Assembly (NCBI GenBank): GCA_000320545.1
Contig: ADNK01003163.1
Coordinates: forward strand, 29,810 to 93,809
Source: Bigelowiella natans CCMP2755
Lineage: Eukaryota > Protista > Cercozoa
Direction of reading: 5' to 3'
Length of the DNA stretch: 64,000 nucleotides
Below, in pieces: positions 53,095 to 64,000 of this stretch (the first letter of the stretch is position 1; every line of letters starts with the position of its first letter). The notes beneath the pieces were generated by a model, which was not told the origin of the DNA, ran no database searches, and worked only from the letters and a program-made list of their open reading frames with translations. The position numbers were made by a program, and so were the translations under genes.

Positions 53095-54449
53095 CTTCAT
53101 CATATCACCATGATCAGCGATTGCAATTCCATCAAGTACATTTAGGATACTCTTCATCTCCGCAATTTTCAAATCAAAGAATCGGTTTGGAAAACGATCC
53201 TTCCCATCTTTATCCTTTAAAGGCCAGCCAAGAAGTTTTGTAGCACCGGCTGAATAGAGGATACAATAACTTGCTTGTCGATTATATTAAAAAAAGAAAA
53301 CTAACTTTGAAGTTTTTTCCATGAAATGGAGCCTCCCAATAGCGCTTCAAGACGTGGACGAATCACATCCGCGAGGCTTTTCTTGCAGGAAACCTTGGAT
53401 GTTGGTGTTCTAGGTACATGCAGCGATGAGATACTAATCAACTTTTTGTAACATGAGGAGGATCCAAAGGAGGAATTAATAATGTGGTGTGAGTGTCACT
53501 ACCTTTGAGCATTTTGCACTCGCATTATCAATCCACCAAGATCTTTCTCATCCCATAATGAATACTGCAATTGGAGAAGATGCTGATCCAGGCTTTTCAT
53601 AACGTCGCGTTCAGTTCCCATCTCTTCAGGGTAATATTTGTATGTCTTTCCACTCTTTGCAGCCATAGCCTAATTGTAATTCATCCTCCATTACGACAGG
53701 ATTATCATCAAAAGCTGAAAGAATCAAATAAATTCTATACCATCGTTACAGCCACTCCCATGCTGTACAGTTTGTCGATTGACTTCATAAGTATCCTGAT
53801 AATAATAATATATACACATCAATGTTTCTGCAGAATAACCACACGAAATATAATATGAACTCTGATTGCGCCTTCAGTTTGCGTGGTTCAAGCTTTTCCG
53901 ATGCAAAGACAGTTCCCTGTCGCTGGACGCGTACTCGTTTGTTTGAAATAGAATTATACTGTTTTCTCTGCTCTTCCGAAAGTTGACCAAATAGGTGCTG
54001 AAGTTTTTGTGTGATGCTGAAAGTCCTAAAATAATGACAAGTTGAGTACCTCAACTCAAAAATTAGGATTGTTGTTACGAGGAAATACTACGTTTGCTCT
54101 TGGCCTGCATCCTTTAGTGCCTGGATTGCTTTGGATCTATTTTTCTTGCTAAAATTTTGAAATGCAGCGGCTGGGTCGTTTACGCTTTTCCTTTCAAATT
54201 CTACAAAAATAGAGTCTGCAAAACAGCGACATCAATTTATCCACGTTTGTTCAACTTCCACCTTACAACTTTGGTTAACATACCGTCTGTTGCCACTGCT
54301 GCCTGAGATGGAGAATTTGAAAGTTGAGATGCGAAAGTTGGAGGTGTGCTTGATGTAGTGGGACTCGAGTTCGCAGCGGCCGGTGGAAATGAACCGCCCT
54401 TAAATACGGCGCCAAAACCCCCAAGACCTTGCCAGTCGATTTGCTTCAT
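52257..54449 (-). CDS. HMG-box-like protein with Pro/Ala/Thr-rich C-terminus, multi-exon
   Basis: The spliced segment PAAAFQNFSKKNRSKAIQALKDAGQEQT|TFSITQKLQHLFGQLSEEQRKQYNSIS (~54190-53940) fits the three-helix HMG pattern. Short GT-AG introns and a low-complexity last exon. Confidence 0.55.
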
Positions 54450-55202
54450 CTTGTCTGGGTCTAAAAGGGAGAGGAGGGGAGAATTATGTCTCTGATGGTG
54501 ATCACACTGAGCTCAGCTGATGTGATTCAAATAAATATCCAGCAATAATAATCCAACGGTAGTAGTCACTTTGTTATTCAAATTATTCGAATTATAGTGG
54601 ATGGGAGGAGGAGGAGGTCTCAGGGGGTCTCACGAGTGTTTAGAGAAGAGAGAGAGAGAGAGAGAGAGAGGGGCTCTCCAGGGATCGGTTCCTACGATGA
54701 GCTGGAGTAGTAACGTGCTGCTTTCAGCACATTTTCTCCTTATTTGATGTCACCATTGCCTTCAAATGTAACGCATTTTTACAGTAAGACATAACAACAG
54801 TCCTATTTACTAATATTAGTGAAATTCTCACCCGTCGTTCAATGTTGTTTTATGTTTTTTGTGATGAAGTCCTCAACGGATTATGAGCTCTATTTCCTAT
54901 AAATTTCATTCAAATGCCACAAGTCGTAAGCACTAATCAAAAGCAAATTAGTTCTACCATGGATATTGCATGTCGCATGTGGTAAATCCCCTGCATATTG
55001 CTCAAGTATTGTTGGTTGAGGTACCGGTAGAGCTCTCATGACAATGATGATGGTGATGGTGATGGCTACGTGAGCTGCTCTCAACAATACCAATACTTGA
55101 GGAAACCAAGTGCAGAGCACAACTACAAGGACAAGTAAGGAGGAGGGAGGAGGAGGAGGATCTTTGTGCTAACTTTTTTTTGGGTCAACAGCAGCAGGTG
55201 GA

Positions 55203-56684
55203 ATGTCGTCCGCCTCCCCCCCCGCCGCGTCTCCAGTCTTTCATGGCAGCCATATCCTCCGTGGAACATTCTATCCGATTATTTCAAAATGCACAAAGAA
55301 ATCTGTGATGCGCGTGGTCAAATTTGATGAGTCTAAATGTCCTTGGCGCGACGGAAGGAGCAGTCGGTTGTTGAGGAGGGCGGACGAGCGGAATGGCGAA
55401 GATCTAAGTGAATGCCATAAAATAGAAGACGCAACCCGTCGTAGTCGTATTCATAATAGAATGAATAGGGAGCGGGAACTACTGACGACGACTTCCAGAT
55501 CAAAAGGGAGGAGGAGGAGGAGGAGGAGACAAAATATATTTGGAATAGTACTCTCAGCAGCATCTGTGTTTCTGGGGGGTGGTCTGCTGCCTAATCTAGA
55601 TTTACCAAACACACATCATCACACATCAGTGCCCAAGACACCAGCAGCAGCAGCAGCAGCAGCAGCTGTGGTAGTGAATCGAACGTCTACTACTGCTACT
55701 ATCGATATGCCCATGTACCCATGTCAGGGTTCCTTTTGCGTCGAATACCAGCTCGAGGGAGGGAGGTAGAGTAGTATCTATCCCACTAGCAAGCAGCACA
55801 ATTATTATTACACGAAAGAACACCATCAAGACGCCATTTCCATCCATGTACGCATACTATGCATTGACGCTTAACATTTTGAAGTTTTTAATTGAAAAGT
55901 GCATAAGCAATCGAATGATCATCTGTATTACTATCGTGTTTAGCTTTCGCGGTGTGCTCGATACGGGTAGTCCCTTCCTCATCGTTGACGGAACAGCTTG
56001 CTCAGGTTACTGTATAATGTTATTCATGTGGTATGTATGGTGGTGGTGGTTCAGGAAGAAGAACCATCCATCCATCCACCCATCCATCCACTAATATGAC
56101 TATCCTATTCAAAGATCGGTGGGGCTGCTACGGGGGCCAGGGTAAGCTAAGCCAGCTTGAAGCAACCTATGAACGCTACGCATCACAGGAGGTAGTAGTA
56201 GTAGTAGTAGTAGTAGTATTGTTATTGTTATTGTTTGCTGTACAACTTACGCTATACGCTATGCTTAGTAATGAAGGGAGAAGAAAAAGAGGGATAATGA
56301 TAATAATAATAATAATGATAATAATAATGATAGTAATAAAGGGAGAAAAGTCTTTTATAATTGAGTTGGAGGAGGAGGAGGAGGGTAAAGGGGGAGACGT
56401 TTCACTAATATCACGGTGATAGATATTATAATCCAATGAATCATCCTTGGTCTGCCCCTATCCTACTACCATGGACGTGATGATGATGATGGTGATGATG
56501 ATGATGATGATGAATCAGGGTGAGGTTGAGTGGAGAAGGGGAAAAATTGAGTTCGGAAGGCGATCCCTTGGAGAGGTGATCTTCGGTGTGTTCCAGCAAG
56601 TCGAGGGTACAGGAGGGGATGGGGCAGCGCTAGTAGGCTTGGTCAAAGAGGCAAGACGAGGCATTAGACCTACTCTTCTACAGC

Positions 56685-56717
<33 letters not shown>

Positions 56718-57893
56718 CATTATATTTGTTTGAAGAAGAAGAAGAAGAAGATACATTAATATAGCGTTTGGTTAATGTAAGTAATGAGTTTGCTTGAGGA
56801 TGATGATGATGATGGTGATGATGATGATGATGTACTTAATAAGCTTGCTGCTACAGATCCGCGGTTAATTTATTAAATAATACTTATCTGTCTATTCAAT
56901 AAATTTCTTGATTTGGATTTTATGCTACTCTGCTCCTAATCGTGGTTTTTTGTCGGTACCTTTGTATGTGTGCGTAGCATCCATTGCAATCATCATATCA
57001 TGCGTCCATCCATCTATCCATCCATCATCATGTACATCATTTCAGTTTCTATTCTTAACCTTTATCCTCCTCCTTCTCCTCAGCTCACTCCATCCGTTTT
57101 TCTTCTTTTCAACATCAGACAAATGTTAAGGCCATGAGATTCGATTTTCCTAATAATAAGTTCAGGTAGTGGTGGTAGTAGTAAGTAGTTGTAGTTGTGG
57201 CGGTAGTTATGGTAGTAGTAGTAGTAGTGGTAGTAGTAGTAGTAATAGTAATAGTCGTAGTAGTAACGTCTCATCCATAATGTCCTGTTGTATGCACTGA
57301 TACACTACTACTACTACTACTACTATACTACTCTTGGTCATCATCCTCCTGCTTCCCTCCCTCATTCCTTCCTATGCAATGGAACGATGTACTATTATGT
57401 AGTCATGTTCCTGCTGCTGGTGTTGTTCTTGACCCTCCTCCTCCTCCTCCTTCTTCTTCTTCTTCCTTTCCTCAAAGCATGTCAAACAGTCCAATGGTGC
57501 CGCGTAAGGAAGATGCGATTAAAGTTTACGATGCTAGAAGGATAGGTTCACCGGTACATCTACTACTACTACTACTACTACAACTAGCAAAGAATAACAA
57601 CGAAGAAAAAGAAGAAGACATTGATCTTAGTACTAAGAGGAGAGCTGATGATGACGACGACGAGGACGACGACGATGATGATGATGATGATGATGATGGT
57701 ATTCAAAACAAGCTGTGGGAATAATACCGATTGATATGACGTGTCAAGACTTCTCGTGTCTCTACATTGCACTTAAATACATGTAATCTCTCTCTCTCTC
57801 TCCCTCCCTCCCTCTTTTCTTGCACACAATATCACACACACATACACACACACACAATGCAAACGGCACACATAAGCTGAAGGAGATTCTGCA

Positions 57894-57926
<33 letters not shown>

Positions 57927-58262
57927 ACACTACTATCTTAGGTAAAACATTACATTACAAGAGTCGAGAACCTGGTCATAAATGGGGAGAAGATTAGGTG
58001 ATAATGATGATCTATCATACCAAACACCAGACAATAAAGTACAAACTGTTGCCATAGTGTTACAACTTTGTTATCATTCACTTCACTATTCTTCTAACCG
58101 CGTATGTCATTACTTTCGGACAAACAGTCTTTTGTGTGTTTACAACACAAAAATGTCAAGAATTAAGTAAAATAATAGTTGGCTTATTCAAGATGTTTGA
58201 TTACTCATCGCTTCTTCCGCGGATAAATGGCTGCTTTGTCCTCCTCTGTCCTCCTCCTTAAC

Positions 58263-58293
<31 letters not shown>

Positions 58294-59104
58294 AACTTGG
58301 TATTATTATAATATGCAGATCAGACCTACCTATTTATGCCATGGTTGACACAGGCACCACTGGGCTCTACATTTCTGATGAGTAAGTAACTAAGTAAGCA
58401 AGTAAACAAGTAGTACCGAATCAATAATATTAATTAAGATTTGTTCAAATGTGTAAAGCAGCAGCTTGCAATATACAGGATCCAGTCGTCGGTGCTATGT
58501 GTATACCAAATTTACTTCTCCTCTCCTGATAACCCAACTCTTTTCTAGGTTTTTCTACAATATCCTCCGTCGATCTAAGGGCTTTCGTAACTGTAGAGTA
58601 GACGTAAAGACGGAGCGCCATAACCTTCAAAGCCTCTCAGCCTCTAGGCCAAATCCTCACTTCCTGGTCTTTCTGTATTCTTTTTGCCTTTCCCCATCAT
58701 CATCTTCTTCTCGCCACTCAAACTAGGTTTTCCCGGTCAAATTTCCATGGTTGGATGAATCTAAGGCACATTTGATTGTACTGGGACTGGCATTCTTAGA
58801 GAATGGCGAGGTAGAATTCGCGATTGATGGGTTTCATATTGACCTACCTACATTCTTCGAGCGTATTGGTTGTGTTATGCCGTGTGAGTGTGAGTGTGTG
58901 TGTGTGTGTGCGCGCGCGCTTGCGCGCACGTGTTTGGTCGCTGGTGCTTCCCCGCAGCTTTGGCCACAACCCAGTACCACCACTACTACTACCACATGAT
59001 ATTCATTATCATCATCACCATTCCAGATAACCTTCGACGTTGACGATGGTCGCATCAGCTTCCACGGTGACTACCCTAATCCACCGAAAGACGATAAGTT
59101 TTAG
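55203..59104 (+). CDS. Pepsin-like (A1) aspartic protease with long N-terminal leader, multi-exon
   Basis: Two catalytic motifs, FRGVLDTGSPFL (~55945-55980) and IYAMVDTGTTGLYIS (~58330-58378), plus C-terminal LIVLGLAFL and ITFDVDDGRISF. Stop at 59104. Confidence 0.85.
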
Positions 59105-60596
59105 TGGGCGGCAACTTATGCAGAAGAACAAACTTCGCAAGAAGTAGTAATTTAATCTGCTGAAAGGGTAGTGTCAGTAAAGCTTCATTGTCGTCATCAT
59201 TACCATCATTTTGTCTTGTGTTTTTCCCTGTTGCTTACATAAAATATAACTATAATCTCGTCATCCTAAATTACCTCATCTCCGAAACTCCTTGATCTAA
59301 AAGTTGACCAAGCCTTAATCAACTCTTCATGGTAGTTGCAGTGGCTGTTGCTGCTATTGCATTAGTGTTAGTAATCGTAGAATGGCCGAAAAATGAAAGT
59401 CAAAGTTTCTTATGTTAAAAATAGAGACATGGATAGACCATGAGAGGCTTGCATTGTAAAATTTGTTTTAATTTAATTCAAGAATTTTCATTGCATCGAA
59501 TGCATGCACACATGCGCTGGCACTGCTAGACTGTGTTGGTCTTAGAGTAGTAAACAACCACCTTCTATCCAATGGCCAGGATGAAGGCAGAAATCTGGTT
59601 GTTTGTACATTGGATTTCTTCGATTTCTTCTCAGGCTTTTGTGCTGCTTTCACTGGTTAAGCAAAACTTGACTGCCCGTATAGTAAAAAATGCTAGCTTG
59701 CTTATTAGCATTGTCCAGCGTTCTGTTGTGCAGCGACTAGCAAACAATCATATCGTACACAGCCACCTCGCCAACCTAGTTGTACATACACCAGCACCAC
59801 TCTTTAATTGTCGACACCATCACATGACCTCGTGCACCTCTAAATTTAGTTGCTACCGCGCAAATAACACAAGCGTCATGCACGTTCATCGTCGATCTAG
59901 TGCTCCGCCGCCTAAGACATGCTAGCATGCATACATGCTGGCAATGGGCAATCGACGCTTTGCGATGCTAGCTACGTACGACAATGTCTAGATGTGCGCA
60001 GAATGATGGCTAGCCGGCTGCGATGCAAGGCACATGCCTAGATCTAGAGATGCGCAAGTAATCAGTTTTTAATCACGCATACGTTCATCCATGCAATATG
60101 CTTATTGGCCTGGCGGAGCCATCAGCGTGCATGATGGCCAGCGCTGGTACGCAAGTGCAACTGCATGCAACTGCAGTCAAGCTAATGCATACATATATAG
60201 TGATGCAATGTCTTCTTTCGCTTAGCATTCACTTTGAAAGATGTAGAATACATTTGGTGCAGTGATGAATTTGCATTGTTGCCGCTACCACAATGCGACG
60301 CACTAGTACGTTGTCATTAGGGGTCAATGCTGTGACAACTGTCGTGTTTCAGCGGGATCGGGGGCATCTATTGTAAGTGTACAAACGCTTGGGGATTCAA
60401 GCAAGTCACACGCACACATTCGCCATACAAGCATGTCGTACGTGCAGAAAGAATCGAATTTGTCAGATATCACATTTCACAGGTGAAATGTTTTCTATCT
60501 ATGCTCAAACCGACTCTTCATTGGTATTATTATCATTAGCCTATCTAATATCATTCAATGACCATCGACTTATATATTTTCACCAATGTCATCCCT

Positions 60597-63109
60597 TTAT
60601 CTGTTTTTCTGCTCTTCTTTTGGCACTGCATCGCTGTTGATAGCATCATTTGCGACCTTACTCTCAAGTTTGTCTCTCCTGACACTTTTAGCTTCTTCAA
60701 CTGGTTTCTGCATTGCACAAATGTAATGGTGCTCAAGTTCTTCCTGATCAGGAATGTGGTTCAGGAAATTCTCTGCCAAAGTAAGCATAGTTTTAAGGAT
60801 GCGGTCAATTATATCAGGTTTCTTCTTCTTTTCCTTGCGCATAAGTTTGTTGTAAATTTTAAAGTATGGAGGTGACAATATCGAAACACCAATTAAGAAT
60901 AGAGGTAAGCCGGAGGGAAGTACACTTATAATTATCTGTGCCAATAAACAGAGAAGGCCTAGAGTCGTGTAAAGCAGCAATGATGCAAAAGGATCACTGA
61001 AAGAGAGAGCATTCTTGAATCTTTCAAGTGCTGATATTATGAGCTCAGCTTTATATTGATACGCTCCAATGATGCGCAACATTTTGCGGACTAGTGCACC
61101 GTACTCAAATATATTTTTATCCTTCCCCTTTTCTACTTGATGTTCCCACACAAGAGTTGTTTTCATGTTTCGAGTCCACCAAAGAGAAGCGCCTTCAACA
61201 ACTAAAAGGCTCACGACTAACCATGGAAAACCTGCACTTGAAGAACGAAAGCAAATAAAATATAACCAAATGATCGTTGCTGCTGAGTAAGGAGGTTGCA
61301 TTAGAAGTGGCGGGCCTTTGGTTAATCGCTTGATTCTGTGAAGGATTCGCATGACTCCTTCTACACTTAAGATTTTGTCAGAAGTTTCGTCTTGCAGGAA
61401 ATCATCCACATCAGCGTCAACCTAAATATAAGGCAATCTTAGAATACAAAAGGATGATGATATTATTGTAAAAAGCAAATAACACCTCCTTCCATGTGAC
61501 AAGCGCAGCTCCTGATCTTGGGGGATGAATGTAACTTTCCGCCAAGCCAACCATACCTTCGATTGTTGGAAAAACATCGATCTTAACCCGGATCTGTCCC
61601 AAGCCCTCTGCGGGCATCTCCAGACCACTCCCCTTTTCCTTTGGAAGAGCACAGTAGAATTTCCTTTCTTCTGCAGCTATGTTCGACTTAGCTTGCACAC
61701 CTCCAAGGTGTTGTGTGACAATATCTGCCATGCCTTGAACTTGAGGGAGAGGGTACACATTGAGCCATCCTTCGAAGCCCTTCCACCCTTGCGGCACACA
61801 ACCCAGCAGTTGCTTTTGCAACCACCTGACAGGGAACAATACTCGACCTAGCTTCATGTCTCTCCGGTTAATACTTGGGTCGCAAACTAGAAAACGAATA
61901 TCGCTTGTTGGATCTGAGATCGTGAAGCGTAGTTTTCTTTCATCTGCAGCTGGTGCTTCATTATTATCTGTACTCTCACTGTTGTCACCACTATCTAATT
62001 CTGCAGGACTCACCATCCACTTTGGATTTTGTCCCTTTCCCTCTGAAGTACGCTTTGAGACTCCTTCCACGCTTACGAGGACAAACGGTTGATCAGCTGA
62101 TACCATGTTCCTTCCCTCTAAAATTCTGATCTCAATGGCAGCAACTGGCTTTCCATGTCCTTGGGATGGTTCATGCTCTGAAGCTTTCTCGTTACTGGAC
62201 TCTACTGTATCAGGGTTAGAGGATTTCATGGGTGAAGCCAACTTCGCTTCATGCCGCTCTTTGACTTCATCCATAGCGCCTTTGGCCTTTTCTAAAACCT
62301 TATACCCAGAAGGATATTTGATGAGTTCAATATGATAATGACGATAAAATGACGGCTAAGCAGTTTGCTTCTAAATGAACTGTACCTCTTTGAATTTCTC
62401 CTTTCGTTCTTCGTATACTTTAGTTGCAAACATCTTCATTTTGTCGAAAATTGAATTTCCGTTGGTCGAAGCAACTTTTTTATCAGCGGTGCTGTCAAAA
62501 TTTCCTTCTTCATCCAGACTCTTTGGAATCTCGGCTCCAGATGGACTCTTATCGCCTCCATCAAATGAATCGCTGCCATTAGAAATCATGGGAGTGCTGG
62601 TAGCTATCACGTTTTCTTCTTTCTTTGTGATTATCTTAAAAATGCTTGCCAAATCTGGTGTAGCTTCGCCGTGGCTATTTTGTCGTGGACGAGAGGGGCC
62701 AGAATAGCCCTCTCCATGAGAAAAGTAGACAGCTGTACCGGGCTCAACATCGCCGACTTTTTTAATCTGTGGTGAAGGTCATAATATTATTTTGGAAAGA
62801 ATAATCCGGAAGGCGATTGATACCTCATCTCCGAATTTATGAAAAAGTCGCTTGTATGGTTTATCAGAGGAAAGTTTTTGCTGTGCCTTATCAAATAATT
62901 TTCCCAATTCCCATGTAGTGTAAAACGTCAAAGCCTAGAAACATGAATTATGCAAGATTGTAAAATACTCACTAACTTCTAAACCCAAATTTAAAGTCTG
63001 AAGGTGTGTGTATACACATTAGCGAACCATAGCAAACCTTTGGGCCCTCATTGGAATCTTTATTTTTATGAGCAAAAACTCTTATCTTCTTGCATTCAAC
63101 TGTTGTCAT
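60597..63109 (-). CDS. C2-domain and PRT_C-like transmembrane protein (MCTP-like) with N-terminal DCX/KHA-like domain
   Basis: C2: IEIRILEGRNM..QPFVLVSV...KRTSEGKGQNPKW...LGRVLFPV. C-terminal ERFKNALSFSDPFASLL...NFLNHIPD is typical of PRT_C. N-terminal KIRVFAHKN...KLFDKAQQKL...KRLFHKFGDE...DVEPGTAVYFSHGE. Confidence 0.75.
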
Positions 63110-63453
63110 GGTGATGACAGTTTTACTTCCTTTTTCCTCACTTAAATTAGGGCTACTCGTGAGGAGTGTTAAAGTGGGTTTCTTTCTTTTGGCTTCCGGT
63201 GCTGAAGTGGGTCTAATAAGAGTTATCTAAGAGTACTTCTGCAGTCGCATCATTGAATATCCAAGTACATTAGAAACTTGCGACAACAAAATAATAATAA
63301 TATGTAACATAATACCATTCAAGGTAGATAGATACCACTACCTCATGCTGGAGGTGGAGGAAAAAGAAGCAGGAACAGGAGGAGGACTACTCGCAAAAGT
63401 TTGTTTCGTTTATTGCCCCAATCAGTTCGTATTATTTAGAGGCGCTCACTCTG

Positions 63454-63500
<47 letters not shown>

Positions 63501-63544
63501 GGCCCGATGATACACTTTAGAGGCGCCCACTCTATTACATATAG

Positions 63545-64000
63545 GTCCGATCGATGACACACTCACTATCATCATCGTTGGTGCTGGCCCAGTTGGCCTG
63601 TTCCTTGCCATCCAGCTTCGCAAACGTCTGCAAAATGTCGATGTTCGTGGTATCCGTGTTCTTCTGCTCCAGAAGTACACAGAGGTAGTACATCGAATCT
63701 ATATCTACCATTAAGATTCAGTTCAGCCATGGCTTTTCGAACACTTGCAGGCAAAACACCAACAAATAAAGTAGAGATAGTAGTACTACGATCTGCGTTA
63801 AGAGATGCACAAAACAAAATTATTTCTTTCTAGTATTTAGCATCAAACATCATTATTATTTATTATTATTAATTATCATCATTATTATTACTACCCTACT
63901 ATTTTTCTAGGAGGACCGAAATGCTGTACCGAAGATAAACCCCTTCCCTCTCGATATGTATCAAGCTACAAAAGTCTTTGTAAGGGAGGAGGAGTACTTA
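63545..64000 (+). CDS. FAD/NAD(P)-dependent oxidoreductase (monooxygenase-like), partial
   Basis: Exon ~63545-63683 encodes the Rossmann motif IIIVGAGPVGLFLAIQL. The gene continues beyond the window. Confidence 0.7.

Overview
Eukaryotic, intron-rich nuclear DNA. The one-residue (Ser) insertion between polyubiquitin monomers points to Rhizaria/Cercozoa. Several genes with algal bipartite-like leaders make a chlorarachniophyte the best guess (inference). Host genes, left to right: a Tyr-free ORF running off the left edge, a 3-unit polyubiquitin, a myristoylation-motif PH domain that appears spliced to an Ariadne-type RBR E3 ligase, and an ~18.5 kb multi-exon gene (RanBP2-type Zn finger + NHL repeats + ARM-like tail). 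Further right are a 7TM protein, a single-chain Translin-TRAX (C3PO-like) fusion with an organelle-type leader, a plastid-type membrane protein, an HMG-box-like protein, a pepsin-like aspartic protease, a DCX-like/C2/PRT_C protein and the start of an FAD-dependent oxidoreductase. Two things stand out. (1) A very young Ty1/copia retrotransposon (32337-38507, apparently identical 416-bp LTRs, 5-bp TSD) has LTRs built around an ~170-bp array of heat-shock elements and ending TG...AA instead of TG...CA. (2) There are sharply bounded repeat/LTR tracts in which TpA has been almost completely erased while CpG is retained, and the survivors lie in CTA/TAG. This suggests an undescribed 'reverse-RIP' A-to-G mutational process. 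Exon boundaries and dinucleotide counts were read by eye and are approximate unless stated.
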